Shown here one piece after another: positions 11,289-21,861 of a stretch of 64,000 bases of DNA (position 1 is the first letter of the stretch; each line of letters begins with the position of its first letter). This stretch comes from Planctomycetota bacterium. GTDB taxonomy: Bacteria; Planctomycetota; B15-G4; JAXMBY01. A program made the translations under genes and the position numbers. The notes under the pieces are model-generated. The model did no database searches. It was not told the DNA's origin and saw only the letters and a program-made list of their open reading frames with translations. Location of the stretch: assembly GCA_046349655.1 (NCBI GenBank), contig JAXMBY010000001.1:181351-245350 (forward strand), in the 5' to 3' direction.

Positions 11289-11772
11289 CGGTCGCAGCTC
11301 CCAGCAAGCCAGTGCGGAGCAGAGCGTAGTGCGCAAGGCGCACGACCGCAAGCAGCACGCGGCGGCGGCCGGTCGCCGAGGTGCGAACCGCCGGCAGCAG
11401 AAACTGCCAGGTGCGATGCAAGAAGGTCCCGCCGGCCGGCGCGCTCGCGGCGCCATGGCCGCGGTCTTCCTGTGGGCTGCTTTTTGCGACGGTCGCGGCA
11501 TGACTCGATCCGATCCCCGGAGCGGCGACGCCTATCGGCCGATCGACGGACGCCAAGCCGAGCTGGCCTTGCGCACGATCTCGATCGTGCAAGACCAGCC
11601 CACTGGCCGCCACGGCGGTGCGCGGCGGAGCGGGCCCGGCTGTGCTGCGCGAGCAGCGCGGGTCGATCGCCGCTCGCCATGCGACTGGCGCCACGGCACG
11701 CGGCCGCATGCCCTGGCCACGCACAGCGCGGTCGAGCGCGGCCTGGTGAATCGCTGGATGGAGGAGGCGTCG

Positions 11773-12213
11773 ATGTGGCGACTGTTCGCGACGCAGTTCG
11801 GTGCGACTGGCCTGCTGCTGCGTCTGGTGCTGGGCTGCGTGATGTTTCCACACGGCGCCCAGAAGGCGTTCGGTTGGTTCGGCGGCCCTGGCTTCGAGGC
11901 GGCCATGGCGGGATTCGCGAGGATGGGCATCCCATGGGCGCTCGGTCTCCTCGCCGTGCTGGCCGAGCTGCTCGGCTCGCTCGGGCTGATCGTCGGGCTG
12001 TTCACGCGGCTTGCGGCGCTGGGCATCGCCGTGAACATGACCGTGGCGATCGTGCTGGTGCATGCGCCGATGGGCCTGTTCATGAACTGGCAGGGCAACC
12101 AGAGCGGCGAGGGATTCGAGTATCACTTGCTCGCCATCGCGCTCGCGCTTGCGTTGTTGATCCGCGGCGGTGGCTCGCTGTCGATCGATCGCCGGCTGGC
12201 GCACGGACGCTGA
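11773..12213 (+). CDS. DoxX-family membrane protein
   Basis: GAGGAGG RBS 5 nt before ATG 11773. MWRLFATQFGATGLLLRLVLGCVMFPHGAQKAFGWFGGPGFEAAMAGFARMGIPWALGLLAVLAELLGSLGLIVGLFTRLAALGIAV... is the typical DoxX topology. Confidence 0.7.
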   Translation: MWRLFATQFGATGLLLRLVLGCVMFPHGAQKAFGWFGGPGFEAAMAGFARMGIPWALGLLAVLAELLGSLGLIVGLFTRLAALGIAVNMTVAIVLVHAPMGLFMNWQGNQSGEGFEYHLLAIALALALLIRGGGSLSIDRRLAHGR

Positions 12214-12336
12214 GCGGCCATGGTGCCGGCCGCCATCGCCGCGCAGTCCGCCGAGCCCGCGCAGCGCTCGCTTCTGGCGCGGGCGCCGGTATGCTAGAAG
12301 GCCGCGTCGAGTATTTGCAGCAGAGGAGCGGAACGC

Positions 12337-12939
12337 GTGCACCGGCCATCATCCTCGCGCCAACTTGTCGATCAAGAACGCCTGACCCGTGAACGTGTGG
12401 TCGAGATCATCCGCGACGCCGAGGCGATCCACGACGCGCACACCGACGACCGCGGTGATGCCTGGCACATGTTCGTCCCGTCCGACGCGATGGCGGCGTA
12501 CCAGGCGCTGCGGTCGGTGCCGCGCGGCGATGGCTTCTTTCTCGAGTGGGGCAGCGGCCTTGGCACGATCACGCTGATCGCGGCCGCGCTCGGCTTCACC
12601 GCATCCGGCATCGAGATCCGGCCCGAGCTCGTGCAGATCGCGCGCAGCCTCGCGCTGAAGCACGACCTGAGCGCGAGCTTCGTCGTCGGCAACTTCATCG
12701 CCGACTGGTACGTCCACAATCCGCTGTGTGCCGATCCCGACATGCGGTCGGAGGTGTGCGGTGAGGATGGCTACGAGCAGCTCGGCCTCGACCTGGAGGA
12801 CTTCTCGGTCATCTATGCGTTTCCGTGGCCGGGCGAGGAGGACCTGTTCCTCGATCTGTTCGAGCACGGTGCACGGCGCGGTGCGCATCTCATCTGCAAT
12901 CACGGCAGCGACGGGATGCGCATCACGCGCCACCGCTGA
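12337..12939 (+). CDS. putative class I SAM-dependent methyltransferase
   Basis: GTG start with GAGGAG 8 nt upstream. FLEWGSGLGTITLIAAALGFTASGIEIRPEL resembles MTase motif I (E/DxGxGxG) followed by an acidic motif II. Confidence 0.5.
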   Translation: MHRPSSSRQLVDQERLTRERVVEIIRDAEAIHDAHTDDRGDAWHMFVPSDAMAAYQALRSVPRGDGFFLEWGSGLGTITLIAAALGFTASGIEIRPELVQIARSLALKHDLSASFVVGNFIADWYVHNPLCADPDMRSEVCGEDGYEQLGLDLEDFSVIYAFPWPGEEDLFLDLFEHGARRGAHLICNHGSDGMRITRHR

Positions 12940-12966
12940 ATCACGCGCGGCAAGCGCGCCGCAACA

Positions 12967-13650
12967 TCATGCCTGCAGCTCTTCGCGGCTGCGCAGCACG
13001 AGCGGGGCGATGCGCTCCAGGAACCGCACCACGTACGACAAGTACGCGGCGGCGCCGGCGAGCTGCAAGACGCCGGCGATCACGCATGGCACGCGCGCGC
13101 TCCGGGTCGCCGCTGAGGACGCGAACCAGAGCGTGATCGCGGCCATGCCGACGGTGGTGAGCGGCATGCTCTTGCGAGCGTTCATGAGCTGGTCCTGCTC
13201 GAGGATGCGGAACAGCTCGGCGCCGCCCGGGTGCGGGTGCATCCTCGCCACTTGCCGCATCATGCGCAGATCGACCGCGAACAGGAGCCAGATGAGCGCT
13301 GCATAGAGCGTGCCCAGCGCATGCCACCACACCGGATCGCCCATCTGCGTGAACATGAGCGACTCGACGGCGGTGCTGCCGATGTAGAGGAAGTTGTGGC
13401 CCAGCCGGAGCGGCCAGCGGATCACGGTGAGCGTGTGAATGATCGCGCGCGCCCAGAACAAGAGGATGATGAGCAGCCCGGTGGCGATGAACGGCCAGCA
13501 CCGCAGCTCGAGCCCGACCACGAGCGGATAGCTGGTGCCGATCAGGAACGAGAGCGCAATGCCCTGGATGATGCTGATCAGGGTGAGCTCGATGTTGACC
13601 ACCAGGTTGTCGAGCTCTTGCCGCGCGGCGCGTGCAGCGGTTGATTCCAT
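12967..13650 (-). CDS. hypothetical integral membrane protein (about 6 TM)
   Basis: Internal ATG (MESTAARAARQELDNLVVNIELTLISIIQGIALSFLIG...), highly hydrophobic throughout; the N-terminal extension of the 270-aa ORF is not protein-like. Confidence 0.5.
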   Translation of the reverse strand: MESTAARAARQELDNLVVNIELTLISIIQGIALSFLIGTSYPLVVGLELRCWPFIATGLLIILLFWARAIIHTLTVIRWPLRLGHNFLYIGSTAVESLMFTQMGDPVWWHALGTLYAALIWLLFAVDLRMMRQVARMHPHPGGAELFRILEQDQLMNARKSMPLTTVGMAAITLWFASSAATRSARVPCVIAGVLQLAGAAAYLSYVVRFLERIAPLVLRSREELQA

Positions 13651-13811
13651 CGGGCAGTCCAGCGTGACCGGGGTCGCCTCGGCCGAGGCGAGCGCAGCAT
13701 GGTAGCGCTTGTCATGCGGCCCCTCAATGGCAGCTGGCAGCGTGAGGCAGCGACGCCGTTGCCCTACAATGGGAGCCACGGCAGCGGCGCCAGCCGCGGC
13801 GAGGTGGTGCG

Positions 13812-14081
13812 ATGAGCGATGATCCAGAGGATGCGATCGAGATGACCCGGCGCGAGGTCGATGGGAGGACGGTGTTCGTCTACCAGCGCCAGCGCGGCAG
13901 CGCGCTCGCGCGCAAGCTCAAGATGGGCGGCCTGCTGGTGGCGGGCGTGGCGCTCGGCACGGTCGCGTTCCTCTGCCTTGCGTCCTTGCTCTGGCTGCTG
14001 CTGCCCGTGCTCGCGTTCGTCGTGCTCGTGTCGGTCGTGAGCGCTTGGCTGCGGCCGAGGACATCCTCGCCGTGGCGCTGA
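13812..14081 (+). CDS. small hypothetical membrane protein
   Basis: GAGGTGG RBS; 2 TM helices (GGLLVAGVALGTVAFLCLASLLWLLLPVLAFVVLVSVV). Confidence 0.35.
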   Translation: MSDDPEDAIEMTRREVDGRTVFVYQRQRGSALARKLKMGGLLVAGVALGTVAFLCLASLLWLLLPVLAFVVLVSVVSAWLRPRTSSPWR

Positions 14082-14372
14082 TCAATGCCGGCTGAGCGGC
14101 AGCAAGGCATCGCTGGCCACGTACACCTCCATCGGCTTGCCATCGCGGCCGTTCGCGCGGATCCGGCTGTAGCTGCCCTCGGCGGCGAGCAAGGTCACTT
14201 CCTGCCCGAGCTTGAGCGTGCCGTCGGCAGGTCGTCCCTGCGCCGGGCTGGTCGTGTAGTACGCGGTCTCGGTCGAGATGATGTGGGTCGAGCTCGACTC
14301 GGTGTAGGGAAACTGGCTGGCGCACCCGGGTCCGGAAAGGAACAGGGTCGCCGCGAACACGATGTGTTTCAT
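14082..14372 (-). CDS. small secreted lipoprotein
   Basis: MKHIVFAATLFLSGPGCAS signal plus lipobox, 96 aa. Lies 27 bp downstream of the C11 peptidase gene on the same strand. Confidence 0.5.
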   Translation of the reverse strand: MKHIVFAATLFLSGPGCASQFPYTESSSTHIISTETAYYTTSPAQGRPADGTLKLGQEVTLLAAEGSYSRIRANGRDGKPMEVYVASDALLPLSRH

Positions 14373-14398
14373 GTCGTTCAGGGACAGCGGCGCCGTCC

Positions 14399-17300
14399 CT
14401 ACCTCGCGTTGGTGCTGGCGGTGGTGGAGATGCCGGGGCTGGGCGACGGCTCGGCGGTCGGCTCGCGCTTCAGGAAGTCGAGCGCCGCCTTGAACACGGC
14501 CAACCGGTCATCGTCGCCCTTGATGTCGCTCAGGTAGAAGCCGAGCACCACCGCCTTGAATGGCGTCCCGGTCTTCGCGTCCTGCCGCGCGATCTTCGCG
14601 GCGATCATGCGGCCGCCGTCCTTCAAGGTCGCGAACGGCTCGACTCCTGGGGCGCCGGTGAACGTGACGATCGACTCGCCCTTGCGCGCGCAGTCGATCT
14701 CGAACACCTTGCCAGCATCGCCGCCCGCCAGCTGGAAGGCATACGAGTAGTCCCAGGTTCCCTCGTACGCGATGCCGAGCGTGTCGCGGTACAAGGGCGT
14801 ATCCCACAGTGCTGCCGCCGCGCGCGGATCGGACATCAGCAGGTGTCCGCCGCTCTCCAGGAAGCGCATCACCGTGCGTCCGTCCGGCCCGCCGATGCGC
14901 GGCGCGGCCGCGCGCATGCCGTACTCGAACCCGCTCGCCGGCGCTGCGCCATCGTGGTTGTCGAGGATGACGATGCCATGCTGCCAGCTCGAGATCAGGC
15001 CGAGCCAGTCCTCGCCGTACGGCCGGCTGTCCTTGATCGCATCGAACGCGAGCTCGAGCTTCTTCAGGTCTGCCCGGTAGCTCGCGGCGAAGTCGTAGCG
15101 CCGGAGCAGCTTGTCGAACTGCTCGCGCACCACGACCTTGCCCAGCTCGGCGCGGGCTGCCTTGGTGGCGTGGTTGATCCCGAGCAGTGCTACCCCTGCC
15201 GGGTGGTCGATCTTCTTCAGCGGGAACTTCTCGCACAGATCGGCCCAGCGCGACTTCTGCGCGAAGCGCAGCTTGCGGTATTCCTTGTTGAAGCCGAGAT
15301 AGGCTGGGAAATAGAGCGAGATGCCATGCGAGCGGTTGTTGCCGACCAGGTGCCCTTCCGCGCACACCACCGAGGTGTCGGGGAAATCGGTGGTGATGAA
15401 GGTGTTCTGGAAGTCCTTCATGGTGCGCTTCTCGCTCTCGTCCTCGAAGCGGTAGTTGATCTCCTTCACGAACTCGAGCTTCTTGGTCTTCGGGTTCATG
15501 AGCATGGGCGGGAACTTGATCTTGGCAACGTAGTTGCCCTTCTCGTCGGGGCCGACCAGCGGCGTCTTCGCATGACGGCTCTCGTGCACGAACGGGGCGA
15601 GGTTGCGCGGCGGCGACAGCCAGCCATTCCAACCCCAGATGATGCTGCCCTGGTCGCGACGCTTGATCACGACCTCGTTCACCAGCGTGTCCTCGCCGTC
15701 GTTGGGATACGCGATCAGGTCGGTGACCCGCTTGCATGCCGCCTTGAGCTGCGGGTCGGCCTTCTCGTGCTCGCACACCTTGTGCAGGAAGTCCTGGATG
15801 TCGACCAGGCGCCCGAACGCGCGCGTGTCGGCGATGATCTCCTCGGCCACCTCGCCGAGCAGATCGGTCTTGCCCTCCAGCACCGCGGCCACGTCCTCGA
15901 TCGCATCCCGCAGCTCGGCCACCCGCGTCATGCGAATCGCCGACTTGGTCTCGGCGCCGTAGAAGCCGCCGTCCTTGTCGATCTGCGAGCCCTCCGGCGC
16001 GTACGACTTCACGTACGTGCCGACCATGCTCTTCGCCAGCGATAGCGGCGACGCCTCGGGATAGGTATCGAGCCAGGCGAGGTAGTCGTCGTAGGGCATG
16101 CCGTCGCCGGGCTCGGTCTCCTGCGACGATGCCAGGTAGTCCACCGTGTCGTGCAGCTCGTACGCCACCTCCACCGTCGCCATCAGGCAGGCGTCGAAGT
16201 CGAGCACGTCGATCTTGTTCTTGCCTTGCTTCTGCAGTGCCGCCGTGATGCCCTCGAGCGCGGTGCGCACCTCGGGCAGATCGAGCGTGTGCTTGGTGTT
16301 GTCGTCGGCCGAGACGCCTGACCAGCCCGCGCCATGGTTCCAGATCACGAGCGCGTAGTGCTCCGCCGGATAGTTGGTCACGGCCCACTGGCCGAAGCTC
16401 GCGAGCGGCTCGGGACGGCCGGCGTCGGTCTCGCCGACGTTCATCTTCAGCACCGAGCGCACGCGCACCGGATCGTCGTCCTTGACGATGTAGTAGCGGC
16501 GCGTGCCCGGCTCGTTGTCGAGCCCGAAGTAGTAGACGTTCTCGAACTCGGCGTACGGGTTGAAGAAGTACGACGAGTTCGGGCGCGGCTTCGGGTTGCC
16601 GTGGAAGCGAGCGCATTCGACCACGATGTTGACGTCCGCGGTCGACCCGACCTTCTCCATCTCGTTCATGTCCTCGATCCCGAACGGCTCGAGGTTGTTC
16701 GCGGCGTTCAGGTACACCATCACGGTCCACTTCTTGGTGCGCTGCTGGTGCGAGGCGATGCACAGGGACTGCAGCGGCACGCTCAGGTGGTCGGGCAGCT
16801 CGCGCACCAGCCGCAGCTCCTCCGGCCCTTCGAACCCGTTCTTCTCGCGGTACTTGAGGATCCCGTCCGCGATCTCCGACTCGACGTTCGGCAGCGACAG
16901 GAGCTCGTCGCGCGTGGCCTTGTTCAGATCCACCTTCGGGAAGTCGTTCACCGGCGGCACTTCCTCGAACGTGTAGGAGATCGAGCCGGACGACTGGTCG
17001 AACCAGTGGACCGGGAAGCCGTCGGGCTTGGTGTCCTTCCAGACCTCCTTCGCCAGCTCGACGATGCTGTGGCCGGCCGTGCCGGTGACCCGTGCCACCT
17101 CGGTTGCGAGCCGTCCCGCGACGTCGTTGCCGAACTCGGAATCGGAGATCAGCCCGCGGCGCAGCGCGAAGCGGAAGTTCATCTCGACCGTGTTCATCAG
17201 GTTGGCATATGCTGCCGAGATCGGGAACTTCTTGTCCTTCACCACCTCGAGCAGGTCCTCGATGCCGTTGAACTTGTCGAGCCGCATCCGGTTCAAGATG

Positions 17301-17659
17301 CGCTGCTCGCAGTTCCTCAGCTTCTCGAGGTAATGGTAGTCGAGCTCCTTGAACGTGCTGTCGGTGTCGATCAGTCGGCGCACCTGAGCTGCCGACTCGG
17401 GATCGATGTCCTTCAGGATCGCATCCTTCGCTTCCGCCTCGCTCTTCAGGTAGTGCAGCGCGGTCCGGCGCCGGAACACGCTCTCGAGCGTGCCACATTC
17501 CTCCTTGATGCGCACTTCCTTGGGCGCCTTGTTCGCCGCCTCGGCAGGCCTGGCCGCAGCCTCTCCAGACGCCGGCGGTGGGGGTTGCTGCGCGGTGAGC
17601 GCCCCGGGGGTGGCAAGGCAAACGCCCATCGCAGCTAGGCAGGTCTTCCAGCTCCGCAT
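14399..17659 (-). CDS. secreted clostripain-family (C11) cysteine peptidase, 1086 aa, with N-terminal ComEA-like helix-hairpin-helix motif and large C-terminal extension
   Basis: GAGGTG RBS plus ATG 17659. Signal peptide MRSWKTCLAAMGVCLATPGALTAQ. HhH motif VDLNKATRDELLSLPNVESEIADGILKYREKNGFEGPEELRLV. C11 catalytic dyad motifs HYALVIWNHGAGWSG (His) and VLDFDACLMATVEVAYEL (Cys). Confidence 0.8.
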   Translation of the reverse strand: MRSWKTCLAAMGVCLATPGALTAQQPPPPASGEAAARPAEAANKAPKEVRIKEECGTLESVFRRRTALHYLKSEAEAKDAILKDIDPESAAQVRRLIDTDSTFKELDYHYLEKLRNCEQRILNRMRLDKFNGIEDLLEVVKDKKFPISAAYANLMNTVEMNFRFALRRGLISDSEFGNDVAGRLATEVARVTGTAGHSIVELAKEVWKDTKPDGFPVHWFDQSSGSISYTFEEVPPVNDFPKVDLNKATRDELLSLPNVESEIADGILKYREKNGFEGPEELRLVRELPDHLSVPLQSLCIASHQQRTKKWTVMVYLNAANNLEPFGIEDMNEMEKVGSTADVNIVVECARFHGNPKPRPNSSYFFNPYAEFENVYYFGLDNEPGTRRYYIVKDDDPVRVRSVLKMNVGETDAGRPEPLASFGQWAVTNYPAEHYALVIWNHGAGWSGVSADDNTKHTLDLPEVRTALEGITAALQKQGKNKIDVLDFDACLMATVEVAYELHDTVDYLASSQETEPGDGMPYDDYLAWLDTYPEASPLSLAKSMVGTYVKSYAPEGSQIDKDGGFYGAETKSAIRMTRVAELRDAIEDVAAVLEGKTDLLGEVAEEIIADTRAFGRLVDIQDFLHKVCEHEKADPQLKAACKRVTDLIAYPNDGEDTLVNEVVIKRRDQGSIIWGWNGWLSPPRNLAPFVHESRHAKTPLVGPDEKGNYVAKIKFPPMLMNPKTKKLEFVKEINYRFEDESEKRTMKDFQNTFITTDFPDTSVVCAEGHLVGNNRSHGISLYFPAYLGFNKEYRKLRFAQKSRWADLCEKFPLKKIDHPAGVALLGINHATKAARAELGKVVVREQFDKLLRRYDFAASYRADLKKLELAFDAIKDSRPYGEDWLGLISSWQHGIVILDNHDGAAPASGFEYGMRAAAPRIGGPDGRTVMRFLESGGHLLMSDPRAAAALWDTPLYRDTLGIAYEGTWDYSYAFQLAGGDAGKVFEIDCARKGESIVTFTGAPGVEPFATLKDGGRMIAAKIARQDAKTGTPFKAVVLGFYLSDIKGDDDRLAVFKAALDFLKREPTAEPSPSPGISTTASTNAR

Positions 17660-17801
17660 CGTGCACCTCGACGGTTCCTGTGGCAGGCAAGGGGGCGGCG
17701 GCGCTCAGTGTACCGCCGCGGCCGCGCCAACGGAAACGCCGGAAAACCGAAACTCGCGCGCTGCACGCCCCATGGTGGCGACTCGGCGGGCCGCGCCCGG
17801 G

Positions 17802-18573
17802 TCACGGTGGGCGACGCACGCCGCGGAACGTGAACGCGGCGTGCGGAATGCCGCCGGCCACGTCGGCTGCGTGCAGGTCGCCGCGGGTCCAGAGCGTGCG
17901 GTCGACGAATACGGAACCACGCCTCGAGTGCCAGCTGGATCGGCGAGCCCTCGAGGTGCCCGAGCGCGCGCCCACCGCCTCGAACGTCGACAGGTGCGCG
18001 GGGTGCGGTGCCCGGCGCAGGCGGAATGCGCTCGCCGGGCCAGCGGGCCGATGCACGCATGGCGGGTACCGCAGGTCCGGTGTGCGTCCGACCAGCCGCC
18101 GAGCGCGCCGCCAGCTGGCGTCGGGAACGACCAGGACGATGGGTTCCGTGGTCGCGCGCGCGAGCTGCTCGATCGGTCGCGCTGCGCCACCCGGGAACAG
18201 CAGGTAGGGCGCGCCCGCGCCGAGCGCCGCAGCGCAAGGACCGCCAGCCGGGACGAGCGCGCTGTTCACGAGCGCGAGGTGCACCAGCCGCGCCGTGTTC
18301 GTGGTCTTGCGGTGCTCGCGTGGATCTTGCACGATGACGATGCGCGTGGTGTTGTGCCATGCCGGCGCGGCGCGCGCACGCACAAGGCGCGAGCATCTGG
18401 CATGCAGCGCAGCGATCGATCTGGTGATGCGGACGGCGGATGGGCGACCTCGTGGTGATCGGCGCCGCCGCCAGCGTAGCGATCGCCGCCCGGCGTGAAC
18501 AGCGATCGCAGCAGGGTGCCCATGCGAGCAACGCTGGGGGCGATGGTGGTGGCGGTGCGGCGCTGGCCGTCAT
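17802..18573 (-). CDS. DTW-domain protein (TapT/YfiP-like tRNA-uridine aminocarboxypropyltransferase), interrupted by one frameshift near 18375
   Basis: Upstream frame has the Cys cluster RCAACQMLAPCACAR (CxxCx5CxC). The downstream frame continues TRIVIVQDPREHRKTTNTARL...EPIVLVVPDASWRRARRL (DTW motif as DASW). The two parts are in different frames. Confidence 0.5.
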
Positions 18574-20339
18574 GATGTGGTGGCTGCGAGGGGCCGAGCA
18601 GCGGCGTTCGCCGCAGAGCGGCCAGGTTCCGCCAGCGCCAAGCAGCGCGACCAGCACCAGGGCGGCGCTGCCGACCGTCGCGCCGTGGCTGGGAACGCCG
18701 CACCGGCCGCGCCGCCGCCGGAGGTTGCCATGCTCGCGCTGCGCGGGCGTGGTCGACGCCGAGCAGCGGCCGATCGCGGGCGCGCGCGTGGCGTGCAGCG
18801 ATGGACGCGACCTCGGTGTGGACCAGCCGGCGCTCACGCAGGCCACGGGTGAGTTCGCGCTCGCGTGCCGGCACCCGGGCGGCGCTCGGGTCGTGGCGTC
18901 GAAGGCGGGCTACGGTCCACGTGGCGGCTGGGTGGAAACCGGTGGCGCGCCGATCGTGATCGCGCTCGCCGCAGGCGTGACCGTGCGCGGCGAGGTGTGC
19001 AATGCCAAGGGGCAGGCGATCGCCGGCGCGCAGGTCGCGCTCGCGCTCGACGCGCCGCTGCATGCCGACCTGGTCTTCCCGTTCGACTCGCCCGGTCGAG
19101 CGACCACCGCCGGCGACGGTAGCTTCGAGCTCCGCGACCTGCCTGCCGGGCGCATCGAGCTGCGCGCCACGGAGCGCGCGCACGACATCGCCACGATCTC
19201 GCTCGAGGTAGCGCCGGGGAGCGAGGGGCATGCCTGCTTCACGCTGCGGCACGTCGGCCTCGTGGAGGGCATCGTCGTCGATGCCGGCAACGGCGCCGAT
19301 CCCTGGTGCCACGATCAATGACGAGGTCGCGACCGACTCCTCGGGGCGTTTCGCGATCAAGCGCCTGATCCGCGGCGAGGTCGGCTTTGCCAAGGGCATG
19401 GCGCTGCTCGCCGTGGCGTGCCCGGGCTACAGCCGCAAGATCGCCTGGGCAGCGCGCGAGGATGACGGCGTCGAGCTGCGCATCGCGCTCGCGCGCGCGG
19501 CGCACGCGCGGGTGCGCGTCTCGATCGCGACCGGCACCCGCTCGCTGCCGCGAACGTCTGCTTCACACCGGACCGTGTCACGCTGCCGGCGGACGAGCGC
19601 GACGATGCCTGCGGCGTGCAGGGCGCGACCGATGGCAACGGCGAGCTCGAGCAGGAGATCGCGCCGGGCGTGTACGCGGACATCGAGGTGTGGCACGACC
19701 AGCATGGCACCAAGCACTTCGCCGGCCTGACCATCGCCCCCGAGCAGCGGCTCGATCTCGAGTTTGTCCTGGCGATCGGCGCGGAGCTGCGCGGCCGCGT
19801 GCTCGACCCGGATGGCCATCCCGTCGCCGGTGCCGTGGCACGCACGTGGCAAGCCTACCGCAGCGACTCGATCGAGGGCCTCATGGCGCGCGGCAGCGCC
19901 GCGAGCGATGCGCTCGGCGCGTTCTTCATCCGCGGCCTCGAGGGGCGCTCGGTCTGGGTGACCGCGCAGGCGAGCGGCTTTGCCGCCACGGCCTGCGAGG
20001 TGACGCTCGACGAGCAGCGCCCAGCGTCGGTCGAGCTCGTGCTGGAGCGAGCGTTCGTGCTCGAGGAGAGGTGGTCGACCGCGACGGCGCGCCGGTGGTG
20101 AACGCCTGGGTCGTGGCGCAGCCTCGGCTGGCACCGCCGCGCGATCGGCTGTTCGGCTTCTTCGACGCGCCCACGGACGCACGCGGTCAGTTCACGATCC
20201 GCGATCTGCCCGCGGTGCTGCTCGAGCTCAGGGTCACGCCACCCGGCGGCTGGCCAGGGGACAGGAGCTCCTGCCAGCGCTCTCGCTCTCGCCGCCGTTC
20301 GCGGCCCAGCGCATCGTCTTGCCGGTCGCGAATCGCTGA
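18572..20339 (+). pseudogene. carboxypeptidase-regulatory-like (CarbopepD_reg) repeat protein, at least 4 frameshifts; 5' boundary uncertain
   Basis: Repeated units G.VVDAEQRPIAGARVA / GEVCNAKGQAIAGAQVAL / GRVLDPDGHPVAGAVAR / GEVVDRDGAPVVNAWVV with FEL/IRDLPAG motifs. Protein-like sequence runs through frame 2 (18720-19300), frame 1 (19300-19560), frame 2 (19616-20050), frame 1 (20050-20270) and frame 3 (ends 20339). Confidence 0.45.
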
Positions 20340-20413
20340 TCGCCTCGCTCTTGATCGACCCGCCGGTCGAGCTAACCTAGCCCGACTGTGCCAAGCCCTT
20401 CCCGACCCGAGCC

Positions 20414-21850
20414 ATGACCTCCGACCCGAACCGGCCTGCGAGCGGTGAGCGACCCGACCTCTCGCGCCTGCGCATCCGCGCGGACGTGCGGCGGCGGCGT
20501 GCCGTGCCGGTCGTGCCGGTCGCGGTGCTGCTCGGCCTCGTCCTCGGCGGCGCCTACGTCACGCGATTGCTCTGGTACCCGGCGCTCGAGCGGCTCTGGA
20601 TTCCCGCCGTGCTGGTGACCGCGGTGGAGGAAATCGGTCCATCGGCGGCGGCGCCGGGCACGCTGACCGCGAACGGCTACGTCGTCGCCCAGCGTCGCGC
20701 CGCGCTCGCCGCCAAGCTGACCGGTCGACTCGAGGAGCTGTTCGTGATGGAGGGCATGCGGGTGAAGAAGGGTGACGTGGTGGCGCGCCTCGAGCACACC
20801 GACCTCGACGCGCAGCTCGCGCGCGCCCAGGCGGACGTGACGCAGGCCGAGGCCGAGATGCGCCAGCGCGCCGCCGACGTGAACCGACTCGATGCGGATC
20901 TGAGCGAGGCCAGGTTGATCGCCGACGCCAGCGCGAGCAGCCGAATGGAGGCAGAGGCGCTGCACGCCGATGCCAAGGCCGAGATGGAGCGGCAGGAGGC
21001 GCTGGTGCAATCGGATTCGACCACGCAGCAGGCGCGCGATCACGCCAAGTGGCTGCTCGAGGCTGCCAGCCACCGGGCGAGCGAGGCGCTGGCGCGCGAG
21101 CAGTCGGCGCAAGCGCGCGTGGCGTCGCTGGGCGCGCAGATCGCGGGTGCGCGCGACGCGGTGGCGGCGGCACAGGCCGGCCACCAGGGGCGGCTCGCGG
21201 ATCGCCAGCTGCTCGAGGCGCAGCTCGAGTTCAACAGCATCCGGGCGCCGTTCGATGGCGTGGTGATCAGCAAGGATGCCGAGGTGGGCGAGATCGTCGC
21301 ACCGATCTCCGGCGGCGCGCTCGCCAAGGTGGCGGTGGTGACCATCGTCGACATGCAATCGCTGATGGTCGAGGCGGATGTCAACGAAGGCTCGATCAGC
21401 CGCATTCACGCCGACCAGCCGGCGCGCATCATGCTCGAGGCGTTCCCGGATCAAGTGTACCAGGCGAGCGTGTTCAAGATCGTGCCCACTGCCAACCGGC
21501 AGAAGGCGACGGTGGAGGTGAAGGTGGCGTTCCAGCAGCTCGACGAGAAGATCGTGCCGGAGATGGCGGCGCGCGTGTTCTTCCTCGAGGGCAGCGAGAG
21601 CGCGGCGGCTGCCGAGCGCGGCAAGGCGCCGCGGCTGTTCGTCGCGCGGCAGGCGATCCACGAACAGGGCGGCAGCGCGTTCGTGTGGCTGCTGCGCGAT
21701 GGCAAGGTGACGCGCCGGACGGTGACCATCGGCGAGCATGCCGATCGCACCGAGATCCTGGAGGGCGTCGCGCGCGGTGATCAGCTCGTGGTCAACCGCG
21801 ATCTGGAGTTGCGTGAGGGCATGAAGGTTCGCGTGGCTGCAGCCAAGTGA
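20414..21850 (+). CDS. HlyD/MacA-family efflux periplasmic adaptor subunit
   Basis: N-terminal TM anchor, biotin-lipoyl-like (VVARLEHTDLDAQL), long coiled-coil, and RAPFDGVVISKD plus beta-barrel/MP domains. Confidence 0.85.
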   Translation: MTSDPNRPASGERPDLSRLRIRADVRRRRAVPVVPVAVLLGLVLGGAYVTRLLWYPALERLWIPAVLVTAVEEIGPSAAAPGTLTANGYVVAQRRAALAAKLTGRLEELFVMEGMRVKKGDVVARLEHTDLDAQLARAQADVTQAEAEMRQRAADVNRLDADLSEARLIADASASSRMEAEALHADAKAEMERQEALVQSDSTTQQARDHAKWLLEAASHRASEALAREQSAQARVASLGAQIAGARDAVAAAQAGHQGRLADRQLLEAQLEFNSIRAPFDGVVISKDAEVGEIVAPISGGALAKVAVVTIVDMQSLMVEADVNEGSISRIHADQPARIMLEAFPDQVYQASVFKIVPTANRQKATVEVKVAFQQLDEKIVPEMAARVFFLEGSESAAAAERGKAPRLFVARQAIHEQGGSAFVWLLRDGKVTRRTVTIGEHADRTEILEGVARGDQLVVNRDLELREGMKVRVAAAK

Positions 21851-21861
21851 GGTGGCAAGCG

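Noticed and set aside
14508-17690. 1060-aa minus-strand ORF and 434-aa and 400-aa plus-strand ORFs over the C11 peptidase gene
   Set aside because: Out-of-frame or antisense shadows; only the 14399..17659 frame gives signal peptide and catalytic motifs.
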